Origin: Candidatus Wildermuthbacteria bacterium
GTDB lineage: Bacteria > Patescibacteriota > Minisyncoccia > Minisyncoccales > UBA10102
Length of the DNA: 64,000 nt
Direction: 5' to 3'
NCBI GenBank assembly: GCA_016203455.1
Contig: JACQMR010000009.1
Coordinates: 6,524-70,523 of the forward strand
The notes beneath the pieces are model-generated. The model did no database searches and was not told the origin of the DNA. It saw only the letters and a program-made list of their open reading frames with translations. The position numbers and the translations under genes were made by a program. Positions within the stretch are counted from its first letter, which is position 1, and each line of letters starts with the position of its first letter. Below are positions 34,742-43,004 of the stretch, piece after piece.

Positions 34742-36019
34742 ATGAAAAAGTTCTTGAGAAAACATACGCCTTCTTTCCTGGTGTCTTTGTATCATCTCGC
34801 GTGGGCGTTTTTAAGCGCTCTGCGATACGGGTTTCCCGGGTACGGCATGACGGTTATTGGCGTTACAGGCACCAACGGCAAGTCAACCACCGTGGACATG
34901 CTGTCTCGCATACTGCTTGCGGGCGGAAAAAAGACGGCCTCCCTTTCTTCCATACGGTTTCAAATCGGCAAGAGAGAGTGGAGAAACACCATGAAAATGA
35001 CCATGCCCGGACGGTTTGTGATACAGAAATTTCTGCGCCAGGCAAAGAAGGAGGGGTGCGGATTCGTTGTGCTGGAGGTTACTTCGGAGGGGATTCTTCA
35101 GCATCGCCACAGGTTTATCCCTTTTTACGGAGCGGTATTCACGAACCTTTCGCCCGAGCATATTGAGCGGCACGGTTCGTTTGAAAATTACAGAAAAGCA
35201 AAAGGAGCGTTATTTAAAGCCGCCCGCGGCTTTCACGCGGTGAACGGAGACGATGAACATGCGAGCTTTTTTCTTGGGTTTCAGGCGCGAAAGAAGATTG
35301 TATATTCCGCGAAAAAAGAAGGGGAGGCGAGTATCCGGGCCGCAGATATTGTTGCCGGGCAAAACGGCGCGGCATTTATTGCAGACGGAGTAAAAGTTTC
35401 TCTGCGTTTACTTGGGGAGTTCAATGTGTATAATGCTTTGGCGGCAATCGCGGCCGCGAGAGAGCTGGGGGTTTCTTTGGAGACGGCGCGCCAGGCGCTG
35501 GAGGGCGTAAGCAAAGTTCCGGGGAGAATGGAAGAAGTTATTTCAAGTCCCATACGAGTTATCGTGGATTACGCTTTTACTCCCGCGGCATTAAAACAGG
35601 TGTATCAGTCGTTAAAAACCGTTTCCCATTCTCGTTCAGGGCAAGCAATCCGTAAATTGATTTGCGTTCTCGGAGGAACCGGAGGAGGGAGGGACGCGTG
35701 GAAACGCCCGGTGTTGGGGGCCATAGCGAGCGAGTGGTGCGATCATATCATTGTTACCAATGAAGACCCGTACGAGGAAGATCCTCAAAAAATTATTGAC
35801 GAGGTAGCGGATGGAACGGGCGGCAAAGCGATTAAAATTTTAGACAGAAGAGAGGCCATAGCCAGCGCTTTAGATATTGCTACGCCCGGAGATACGGTGG
35901 TGATTACCGGCAAGGGATCGGAGGATTCAATAGCTGTTGCCGGAGGAAAAAAGATTTCCTGGGATGACAGGGTAGTGGCGCGGGAAGAGTTTGAGAAAAG
36001 AAAAACCGGCCGTGGTTAG
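34742..36019 (+). CDS. murE: Mur ligase, MurE-like
   Basis: GVTGTNGKSTT P-loop and a VTNEDPYEEDP motif resembling the MurE DNPR motif. Confidence 0.7.
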   Translation: MKKFLRKHTPSFLVSLYHLAWAFLSALRYGFPGYGMTVIGVTGTNGKSTTVDMLSRILLAGGKKTASLSSIRFQIGKREWRNTMKMTMPGRFVIQKFLRQAKKEGCGFVVLEVTSEGILQHRHRFIPFYGAVFTNLSPEHIERHGSFENYRKAKGALFKAARGFHAVNGDDEHASFFLGFQARKKIVYSAKKEGEASIRAADIVAGQNGAAFIADGVKVSLRLLGEFNVYNALAAIAAARELGVSLETARQALEGVSKVPGRMEEVISSPIRVIVDYAFTPAALKQVYQSLKTVSHSRSGQAIRKLICVLGGTGGGRDAWKRPVLGAIASEWCDHIIVTNEDPYEEDPQKIIDEVADGTGGKAIKILDRREAIASALDIATPGDTVVITGKGSEDSIAVAGGKKISWDDRVVAREEFEKRKTGRG

Positions 36020-36207
36020 TTGGCCGGGGTTTGTCTTTGCATTGCAATTTCCGCAAGGCGCACGATTTCGGGTATTGATGGATCCACGAGCATCATCATC
36101 CCGTTTCTTAGTGCTAAAAGCATGGCATCTTCGTTTTGGGCGATGGTAGTGGGGTCCAGAGGGCTTTGGGAAAGTTCCGGGGGGTAAATATAGCCACTTG
36201 GTGGCAT
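36016..36207 (-). CDS. Hypothetical 63-aa protein, convergent with and overlapping the murE stop by 4 nt
   Basis: agaggaga Shine-Dalgarno-like sequence a few nt upstream of the ATG at 36207. Confidence 0.45.
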   Translation of the reverse strand: MPPSGYIYPPELSQSPLDPTTIAQNEDAMLLALRNGMMMLVDPSIPEIVRLAEIAMQRQTPAN

Positions 36208-36355
36208 ATGTTTCTCCTCTAATTGAAATCAGCTGGCTTTTCTATATCATATTTTTCTTTTGTGTCCATACCCCGCTTCTTTTCGGATTCTAGACAGAAT
36301 AAGGCGCGCGTGATACCATTTGTTTATTCTATAATCTCTGATAATCGGTATTTGT

Positions 36356-36739
36356 ATGTCAAAACCATTGTTTTCAAAAAGTGTTCGGGCGCATATTCGT
36401 TTAGAAAAAGCCCGCATCAGAAAGACGGTAAAAGACGAGAAAGAACGAGAGGAGCTTATCAATAAGCTTTATGAAGGTCTCGCAAGCCAAAGATCCCGAG
36501 TCGCGCCAAGACGCCGCAAAGGAAAAATCGCGGAGACAGGCAAGAATACCGAAGAAGGCAAAAACACTGAAGAAGTGAAACGAGTTGGCGCGCGCAAAGA
36601 AAAAGCAAAGCCGGCAGGCATAAAAAAGGATAATTCGTCTTCGTCTGTTCCGGGCGCACCTGGGCGCGTTTTGCCAAAGCTTCAGTCAGGCAAAGGGAAA
36701 GCAAAAAAGACAGCAAAAAAGAACGCTCAAAAGAAATGA
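36356..36739 (+). CDS. Lys/Arg-rich basic protein
   Basis: 127-aa ORF overlapping the next start by 4 nt. Internal tandem GKNTEE repeat. Confidence 0.5.
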   Translation: MSKPLFSKSVRAHIRLEKARIRKTVKDEKEREELINKLYEGLASQRSRVAPRRRKGKIAETGKNTEEGKNTEEVKRVGARKEKAKPAGIKKDNSSSSVPGAPGRVLPKLQSGKGKAKKTAKKNAQKK

Positions 36740-37680
36740 AAATCCAGGAAATCTATGACAAAGCGGTTCTCATGGGTATTGATGCGGATTTTCGCAGTAA
36801 TGCCCGCGTTGAGGAATTGCTGAAAAGAAAGCAAAAGAAGTTTGAAAAGCTTTCCGTAGAGCAGAAAGAGGAGTTTGACGCGGAAGCATTAAAGAATCCG
36901 TATTCTGATACGAGGGTTTTGCATATCGCGGAAGACCAGGAGATCAAAAAAGTTCTTGTAGGCATTGATATTGATGTCGCGGAAATTCTTCTGGCAAAAC
37001 AGCTTGGGGATATTGATCTCGTTATTTCCCACCATCCTTTGGGCAGGGCGCTTTCTGACATGCATGAGGTGATGGAATTGCAGGTAGATGTGCTGAATCA
37101 GTACGGTGTTCCGGTTACCATTGCCGAGGGCTTGATGCGGGAGCGCATCTCGGAGGTTTCCCGCGGGCTGAATCCTCGCAACAATTGGAGGGCGATTGAC
37201 GCGGCAAAACTGCTTGGGGTTAATTTGATGTGCGTTCATACCGCGGCAGACAATGTGGCCGCGAGGTTTTTGCGAGATCATATAGAGAACAAAGAGATTG
37301 AACTATTGGGCGATCTCATGGATATTCTTAGAAAGATTGAGGAGTATCAGAGAGCCATACGCATGGGCGTGGGGCCGCGATTGTTTGTGGGCAGTCCCGA
37401 AAGCAGATGCGGGAAAATCGCGCTTACCGAGATTACCGGAGGCACGGAAGGATCCCCAAAGCTGTTGGAAAAAATGGCAAACGCGGGCATTGGCACTATT
37501 GTCGGGATGCATACTTCAGAGGAACACAAAAAAGAAGCGGAGGCCGCGCATGTTAATGTGGTGATTGCCGGCCACATGCCTTCCGATTCCATTGGAATGA
37601 ACATTATTTTAGACGAGTTAGAGCGGGGCGGAGTTGAAATTGTTTCATGTTCCGGCATGGTTCGGGTTTCTCGGGCCTAG
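36736..37680 (+). CDS. NIF3-like dinuclear metal-centre protein
   Basis: DLVISHHPL motif, 314 aa. Confidence 0.7.
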   Translation: MKIQEIYDKAVLMGIDADFRSNARVEELLKRKQKKFEKLSVEQKEEFDAEALKNPYSDTRVLHIAEDQEIKKVLVGIDIDVAEILLAKQLGDIDLVISHHPLGRALSDMHEVMELQVDVLNQYGVPVTIAEGLMRERISEVSRGLNPRNNWRAIDAAKLLGVNLMCVHTAADNVAARFLRDHIENKEIELLGDLMDILRKIEEYQRAIRMGVGPRLFVGSPESRCGKIALTEITGGTEGSPKLLEKMANAGIGTIVGMHTSEEHKKEAEAAHVNVVIAGHMPSDSIGMNIILDELERGGVEIVSCSGMVRVSRA

Positions 37681-37712
37681 TATGCCAGGCAAAATTCAAG
37701 CAGTTGAATGTT

Positions 37713-37784
37713 GTCTCCGTAGCTCAACGGATAGAGCGCGGCCCTCCGAAGGCCGAGATCAGGGTTCAATTCCCCGCGGAGACA
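37713..37784 (+). tRNA. tRNA-Arg (anticodon CCG)
   Basis: Hand-folded cloverleaf. Acceptor gtctccg/cggagac, D arm gctc-aacggata-gagc, anticodon stem cggcc/ggccg with loop ctCCGaa, T loop ttcaatt. The T stem has one A-C mismatch. CCA is not encoded. Confidence 0.85.
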
Positions 37785-37874
37785 CAACGCTTTATGGTGC
37801 GGATAACTCATCCGATTTAGTCAGGGCTTTTTCAAGGTTTTTGGCATGAAACGCGGCGTTGGGTATAATGCGGT

Positions 37875-38414
37875 ATGGAGATTGCGATACTGGGCGGGGC
37901 GGTAGTGTTTTTGGTTTTGGGAGCGTTTGTTGGGGTTGTCATGGCCGGGCATATTCTCTTGTTTTCCATAGTGCCTATCTGCTACGGCGCGTTTTACGCG
38001 GGGACTAGAAAAGACAATCTTCAAGAACTCATGGTATTGGCGCAGACGCGTTCAGGTGAAAAAGCCGCGGACTTGGGATCTGGCGACGGAAGGATTGTGA
38101 TTGCATTGGCGAAAGCTGGAGCAATGGCGCATGGGTATGAGATAAATCCTTTGCTGGTGTGGTGGTCGCGCCGCAAGATTAGAAAAGCAGGCCTTCAAAA
38201 TACGGCATGGATATACTGGAGAAACTTTTGGAGCATTGATTTTAGTCCTTTTGATGTGGTCATTGTGTTTGGCGTTTCTACGATTATGAAACAGCTGGAG
38301 GAAAAACTAAAAAAGGAACTTAAACCAGGCGCGCGGGTCGTTTCTAACAGCTTTGCGTTTCCTTTTTGGAAGCCGGAAAAGACCGTTGGCAGAGTGTTTT
38401 TTTATAGAAACTAG
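37875..38414 (+). CDS. Membrane-anchored class I SAM-dependent methyltransferase
   Basis: Two N-terminal TM helices, then motif I DLGSGDGRIVIALA. Confidence 0.65.
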   Translation: MEIAILGGAVVFLVLGAFVGVVMAGHILLFSIVPICYGAFYAGTRKDNLQELMVLAQTRSGEKAADLGSGDGRIVIALAKAGAMAHGYEINPLLVWWSRRKIRKAGLQNTAWIYWRNFWSIDFSPFDVVIVFGVSTIMKQLEEKLKKELKPGARVVSNSFAFPFWKPEKTVGRVFFYRN

Positions 38415-38444
38415 AAAAACATAGCGCGGCTAAGTTTGAAAAGA

Positions 38445-38473
38445 AAAAACGATGAGGGTTGTTCATCGTTTTA
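38445..38473. terminator. Bidirectional hairpin terminator
   Basis: aaaaacgatga-gggttgt-tcatcgtttt lies between convergent genes. Confidence 0.65.
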
Positions 38474-39331
38474 TTGCTTTGCTGGAAGGCGATTAAAGCC
38501 CTGCGCCGTTTGCATCGTTTGGTTTCTCGTCGCGGTCCTTTGCTTTAAAGCATGAGCCGCGAAACTTTGTTTGAGCGTGTTTGGCATGATAGCGCGTTCA
38601 ATGCACGCTTTTTTGCCGTATGTTTTGAGGATGGTCCAGACCCATTGCCGGGATAGGCGGCTGCCCAGGCGACGGTTGATGAAGAGGGCCCCCTCTCTTC
38701 TAGAGGGGCCAAGAAGTGTTTTGCGCGTGGCCCTTAAGTAGTAGACCAACTTGGCGGCTGTGCCGCGGGGAATATAGACAAGTCGTTCTTTCCCCCCTTT
38801 CCCCATGCAGCGGATATGCCCTTGTTCCAGATTGACATCCGCCACATTCAAATTGATCAACTCGCTAACCCGCAATCCGGCGGTGTACAGCAGTTCCATA
38901 ATGGCGGCGTCGCGCTGACCCTCGGCGGTTCCGGCCTGGGCCGCCGCGTCCAGTAAGCGGATAACCTCCTCCTCCGTGAGGGGCTTTGGCAGGGAGCGGT
39001 CCACGCGGTGTGATCCTAGCGACTCGGCGGGGTTTCCGCTTATAATTCCATTAAGGGACATGAAGCGGAAAAAGGATTTTATAGAACATATCTTCCGCGC
39101 CGTAGTGGCGCCCCGGTATCCTTTCTCGTCTCGCAAGTCGGCGATGTATTCGTTCAGCGTGTTCGCGTCCACCAGGCGCCACCCGTTTTCCGAGTTGGAC
39201 GACCCGTTGAGGCGCGGTTTCAAGAAGTTCTTGAGCTGGAATAAATCGTTGCGGTAGGCCTCCCATGTGTTGCGCGAGAACCCCTTTTCCACCAGCAGAT
39301 GGTCAAGGAAGGCGTTGATGGATTTCTCCAT
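38471..39331 (-). CDS. XerC/XerD-like tyrosine recombinase homologue with degenerate catalytic box II
   Basis: The N-terminal SAM-like domain and box I ELLYTAGLRVSEL...GKGGKERLV are intact. The C-terminus reads PNTLKQSFAAHAL...QGFNRLPAKQ-stop where HxLRHSFATHLL...LGH...Y is expected. aaggaggt lies 9 nt before the ATG at 39331. Confidence 0.7.
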   Translation of the reverse strand: MEKSINAFLDHLLVEKGFSRNTWEAYRNDLFQLKNFLKPRLNGSSNSENGWRLVDANTLNEYIADLRDEKGYRGATTARKICSIKSFFRFMSLNGIISGNPAESLGSHRVDRSLPKPLTEEEVIRLLDAAAQAGTAEGQRDAAIMELLYTAGLRVSELINLNVADVNLEQGHIRCMGKGGKERLVYIPRGTAAKLVYYLRATRKTLLGPSRREGALFINRRLGSRLSRQWVWTILKTYGKKACIERAIMPNTLKQSFAAHALKQRTATRNQTMQTAQGFNRLPAKQ

Positions 39332-39468
39332 GGTGTAGGAACCTCCTTTTGCGTGCGTCATATCCCGATTCTGAAACGAGAATGGCATGTGCTATAAATT
39401 ATGTCAAGTTTCTTTACTACAAGGCGAGATCGTTGGCAGAGATGGCCCGGGTTTGGTATATTGCATAT

Positions 39469-39801
39469 ATGAAGAAAAAAACTCCGGCAAAAAAGAGAGG
39501 CGTTATCAAAAAGGTTGCGGTCAAAACAATTTCCGTGAAGAAGAAGACGCCCAAAGAGAGATTGATAGGCAGGATCACGCATTTCTACGACAACATTGGC
39601 GTTGCCGTTATTAAGCTGACCGCTCCTTTAAAAAAAGGCGATACAATCCGCGTGGAAGGCGGAGATGTTTCTGTAAAGCAAAAGGTGTCTTCCATGCAGA
39701 ACGATCATAAGCCGGTTGCCGCGGCTAAGGCGAAAAACGAGATTGGCATGAAAATCTCAAAGAAAGTGCGGGACGGATACAGGGTGTATAAAATCGGATA
39801 A
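39469..39801 (+). CDS. Small basic protein with EF-Tu domain-2-like beta-barrel signature
   Basis: MKKKTPAKKRG... then GRITHFYDNIGVAVIKLTAPLKKGDTIRVEG. TGgTATATT (39454-39462) lies 6 nt before the ATG. Confidence 0.5.
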   Translation: MKKKTPAKKRGVIKKVAVKTISVKKKTPKERLIGRITHFYDNIGVAVIKLTAPLKKGDTIRVEGGDVSVKQKVSSMQNDHKPVAAAKAKNEIGMKISKKVRDGYRVYKIG

Positions 39802-39808
39802 CCATTTC

Positions 39809-40954
39809 ATGAACTTCGGCTCTTTGTTTGCGTTTTCAACGCTTTTGGGAACGATTATCGGGGCCGGCATGTTTGGCCTGCCGTTTGTGGTTCAGAAAGT
39901 CGGGGTGATTCCCGCGCTTTTTTATTTTTTGGCGCTGGGGGGAGCGGTTACGCTTATTCATTTGTTTTTTGGAGAGATATGTTTGCGCACCATACGGAAA
40001 TCCCGCCTTGTGGGGTACGCTTCTGTGTATTTGGGTCCCGCGGGCAAAGCGGCGGCTGTTTGCTCTACCGTGTTGGGGGTTACGGGAGCTTTGCTCGCGT
40101 ACATTATTTTGGGAACTCATTTTTTGCGTATTCTTGCCGGTTCCTTCCCGTTTGTTCTTTCTGAAACGGCGCTGGCGGCGGTATTTTGGGCGGCGCTTTC
40201 GTTTTTTGTTTTGCGGGGTATTCGCGCGGTTGCCAAAGCGGAGCTTGTTATGGTTATCATTCTTGCGGGGGTTTTATTGCTTATATTCGGCGCGGCGATT
40301 CCGCGCGTTCGTTTTGACAATTTGCTGTGGTTTGGATCAGACGGAGTATTCTTGCCGTACGGAGTTATTTTATTTGCTCTTGCCGGGTGGTCCGCGGTTC
40401 CAGAAATTGCCGAGATGTTTAAAAAACGGAGCGAGAAAAAAAGATTGGACAATGTCATTATTGCCGCTTCTTTGGTCGCGGCGGGCGTATCTTTTCTTTT
40501 TGCTCTTGTTGTCGCGGGGGTATCTGGCAACGGCACAAGCCAGGACGCGCTTTCCGGGCTTATCCCGTTTCTTGGGGGTAATATAGTTTTTCTGGGTTCT
40601 GTGTTTGGACTGGTCGCGATTGCCTCCTCGTTTATGGTTTTGGCCAGTTATCTGAAAAATTCTTTAGTGCAAGACGGCAAAATGCCCGGGTGGTTCGCGG
40701 CTGTTTTTACCATTACGGCTCCCATGGCGTTGTTTCTGGCCGGGTTGAGAGAATTCATCTCGGTCTTGGGAGTGCTTGGCGCGGTTTTCGGTCTTATGGA
40801 GGCCTTGTTGATTATTGCCATATTTATTCAGGCGAGGAAGAAAGGCGACAGGGAGCCCGAATACGCTTTGCGCGGAGTGGGCATCCTCCCGATCTTTTTA
40901 TGTTTTTTGCTGGCAGGGGGAGCGGTGGCGCAATTTTTGTACCATGCTAGATAA
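39809..40954 (+). CDS. Amino-acid-permease-like polytopic transporter
   Basis: 381 aa with about 11 hydrophobic helices. The family assignment is tentative. Confidence 0.55.
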   Translation: MNFGSLFAFSTLLGTIIGAGMFGLPFVVQKVGVIPALFYFLALGGAVTLIHLFFGEICLRTIRKSRLVGYASVYLGPAGKAAAVCSTVLGVTGALLAYIILGTHFLRILAGSFPFVLSETALAAVFWAALSFFVLRGIRAVAKAELVMVIILAGVLLLIFGAAIPRVRFDNLLWFGSDGVFLPYGVILFALAGWSAVPEIAEMFKKRSEKKRLDNVIIAASLVAAGVSFLFALVVAGVSGNGTSQDALSGLIPFLGGNIVFLGSVFGLVAIASSFMVLASYLKNSLVQDGKMPGWFAAVFTITAPMALFLAGLREFISVLGVLGAVFGLMEALLIIAIFIQARKKGDREPEYALRGVGILPIFLCFLLAGGAVAQFLYHAR

Positions 40955-41042
40955 TGTTCTAACAATCGCGTTTTTTATCTTTTTCCCCGTGCTGGTTATC
41001 TTGTGGGCGCTTTCTCATTTATTGCCGTATCTTGTGAGTTGA
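40944..41042 (+). CDS. 32-aa single-TM peptide, translationally coupled
   Basis: MLDNVLTIAFFIFFPVLVILWALSHLLPYLVS. The start overlaps the permease stop (ATGCTAGATAA). Its stop overlaps the next ATG (TGATG). Confidence 0.4.
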   Translation: MLDNVLTIAFFIFFPVLVILWALSHLLPYLVS

Positions 41043-41485
41043 TGGGGTTTTCGCCCTGTTGTTTTTTTGGTTTTGTGGTATCATTGACGGCATACGGCAT
41101 GACGAACATTTTTCGCAAGATCCCAAGGCGCGGCATCGCGCAGGCGCTTCCCAGGGCATCTTTGGGCATAGCGCCCATGCTTTTGTCTGTTGAGCTCGGT
41201 TTGAGTGTCATGGCCGGGTATTTCGCGGCGCGGTTTTTTGCGGGGGCAAAAACCGGGGATCGGGGCCGCCTTCCTTCCCTGGTGTTTGATATTAAAGAGT
41301 ATAGGGTGCATTTGCATCATTGGTTTGTATTCTTGATTATTCTTGTGGCAACGGCCGTAGCAAACTTTTTTCTGGCGGAACCCGCGGTGTTTTACGGATT
41401 TCTGGGGGGTGTGGTGGCCCAGGGGGTTCTGCACTACGAGGATTGGCCGCGAATCGTAACAAAACAGAAAAAGCATTCATGCTAG
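41042..41485 (+). CDS. Membrane protein
   Basis: In frame within ORF 41003-41485. Several TM helices and an HLHHW motif. Confidence 0.5.
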   Translation: MGFSPCCFFGFVVSLTAYGMTNIFRKIPRRGIAQALPRASLGIAPMLLSVELGLSVMAGYFAARFFAGAKTGDRGRLPSLVFDIKEYRVHLHHWFVFLIILVATAVANFFLAEPAVFYGFLGGVVAQGVLHYEDWPRIVTKQKKHSC

Positions 41486-41808
41486 AAGCCGTTCTGGTCT
41501 GGGGGTTTTTGGGAGGAGCCCTGCGCGGCGTTGTCGGGTTTTTAAAGCATCGGTTTTCATACAAGGATGTTTCTTTCTCCGTATCCGCTTTCGGGTCTTC
41601 CGTGGCGTTATCCGGATTCGTTGGAGTTGCCGTATTTATCGTTGCCAAGGAGGTTGGCGTGTCTTTTCTTGGCACAGATACCCTGTCTCCCGCTTTGGGC
41701 GTTGTTATCGGATACGCGGGCGGGGATTTTTTGGAGAATTTGTGGAAGATTATCATGAAAACTCCGGGCGCGGTTTTGTTTCGCGGGCAGACAGACGCGC
41801 GAAAATGA
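41479..41808 (+). CDS. Membrane protein
   Basis: MLEAVLVWGFLGGALRG... with three TM helices. ATG 41479 overlaps the upstream stop (ATGCTAG). Confidence 0.5.
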   Translation: MLEAVLVWGFLGGALRGVVGFLKHRFSYKDVSFSVSAFGSSVALSGFVGVAVFIVAKEVGVSFLGTDTLSPALGVVIGYAGGDFLENLWKIIMKTPGAVLFRGQTDARK

Positions 41809-41902
41809 AAGCCATCTTATTTTTTAATTTTTAATCTCTAAAGCGGTTGTTCGTTATTAGTTACAGGTTATTTGTTATTGGTGATTTGTTATTTGTTGCT
41901 CC

Positions 41903-42646
41903 ATGACAACGGATTTTTTTAAATACAAGTACGGGTACGAGATTGAAGGAATATGGCTTCCCCGCGTTACGGCTATTACTTCCCTCATTTCCCGTTCGTT
42001 TTCTTTTGCCGGGGCAGGCGCCGCCGCTGATTGGGGCACAAAAGTTCACGCGGCCGTGGAGCGGATCATGAAGAATGAATACGCGGGCGGATTTGAGGAT
42101 ATCGCCCCTTCCGTGCGCGCCTTTGAGAAATGGAGAACGGATCACGGGGTGAAGCCGGCCGGGCGCGCCAATGCCGTGGAAGCAAGGGTCTGGGATTTTG
42201 AGCACGGATACGCGGGGACGCTGGACCTGGTTGCCGAAGTTCAAGGCAGAGTGGGCGTGGTTGATGTGAAGACAGCGAGCGTTATGCGCGAGGAATACGC
42301 CTTGCAAACCGCGGCGTACATGGGGGCGTATAATCTTGGGGCGCCCGGGAAAGAGAAGGCGGAAACCCGATGGATTCTTCGCATTGATCAGTACAGAGAA
42401 TGCCGGGGATGCATGGCCAGGAAGAAAGACAAAGACAAAAAAGGAAGGGCGCAGGGCGGAAACGAGCAGTGCAACCACCAGTGGGGAGAGGCGGTTGGGG
42501 CGGCGGAGTTTTTGGAGTTCCCGGATTTTTTACAGGATTTTAACGCGTTTCTCGCCGCTAAAGAAGTTTGGGAGTGGTATCACAGGGGCATTCTGCGCGG
42601 AATTTCCAATTACCCTAAAAATGTCGTTCAAAAAGTGCTAGTGTGA
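41903..42646 (+). CDS. PD-(D/E)XK (RecB/Cas4-like) nuclease with inserted CxxC...CxH zinc-ribbon-like segment
   Basis: GTLDLVAE...GVVDVKT...LQTAAYMGAY fits the D...(D/E)xK...QxxxY pattern. The insert is RECRGCMARKKDKDKKGRAQGGNEQCNH. Confidence 0.6.
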   Translation: MTTDFFKYKYGYEIEGIWLPRVTAITSLISRSFSFAGAGAAADWGTKVHAAVERIMKNEYAGGFEDIAPSVRAFEKWRTDHGVKPAGRANAVEARVWDFEHGYAGTLDLVAEVQGRVGVVDVKTASVMREEYALQTAAYMGAYNLGAPGKEKAETRWILRIDQYRECRGCMARKKDKDKKGRAQGGNEQCNHQWGEAVGAAEFLEFPDFLQDFNAFLAAKEVWEWYHRGILRGISNYPKNVVQKVLV

Positions 42647-42650
42647 TCGT

Positions 42651-42998
42651 ATGAATATTCATAAAATTATCGGGTTCGCGCTTTTGGGTTTCGGGGTGTC
42701 CGTGATTCTGTACGGGCTGTATGCTTCGTATGGGATTTTCACGGGTCAGAACGATGCCCCGCGGATATTCCGGGAACAAGAAAGCAATTCGCCTGGCGCT
42801 GACAATACTGCCGCGCTCGGTTCGCTGGAGGATCTGCAGAACCAGCTCCCCGGTTTGTTGCAAAGTCAGTTGCAAGGACTCCTGCCCGCGGGTTCTATCC
42901 CCGGCATGCTTAACTTGTTTTCCTGGTCTGTGTTCGCGGGCATTCTCATGCTGGGCGGCGGGCAGATCGCGGGGCTCGGCATTAAATTGATTAAGTGA
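42651..42998 (+). CDS. Small two-TM membrane protein
   Basis: 115-aa ORF with hydrophobic N- and C-terminal helices. Confidence 0.5.
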   Translation: MNIHKIIGFALLGFGVSVILYGLYASYGIFTGQNDAPRIFREQESNSPGADNTAALGSLEDLQNQLPGLLQSQLQGLLPAGSIPGMLNLFSWSVFAGILMLGGGQIAGLGIKLIK

Positions 42999-43004
42999 AA
43001 CACA

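Noticed and set aside
38471-38560. Sequencing frameshift hiding the catalytic Tyr of the Xer-like gene
   Set aside because: I translated the other two frames and the sequence beyond the stop. Neither LGH nor a Tyr-containing box II tail appears, and the HxxR substitutions are in-frame point differences.
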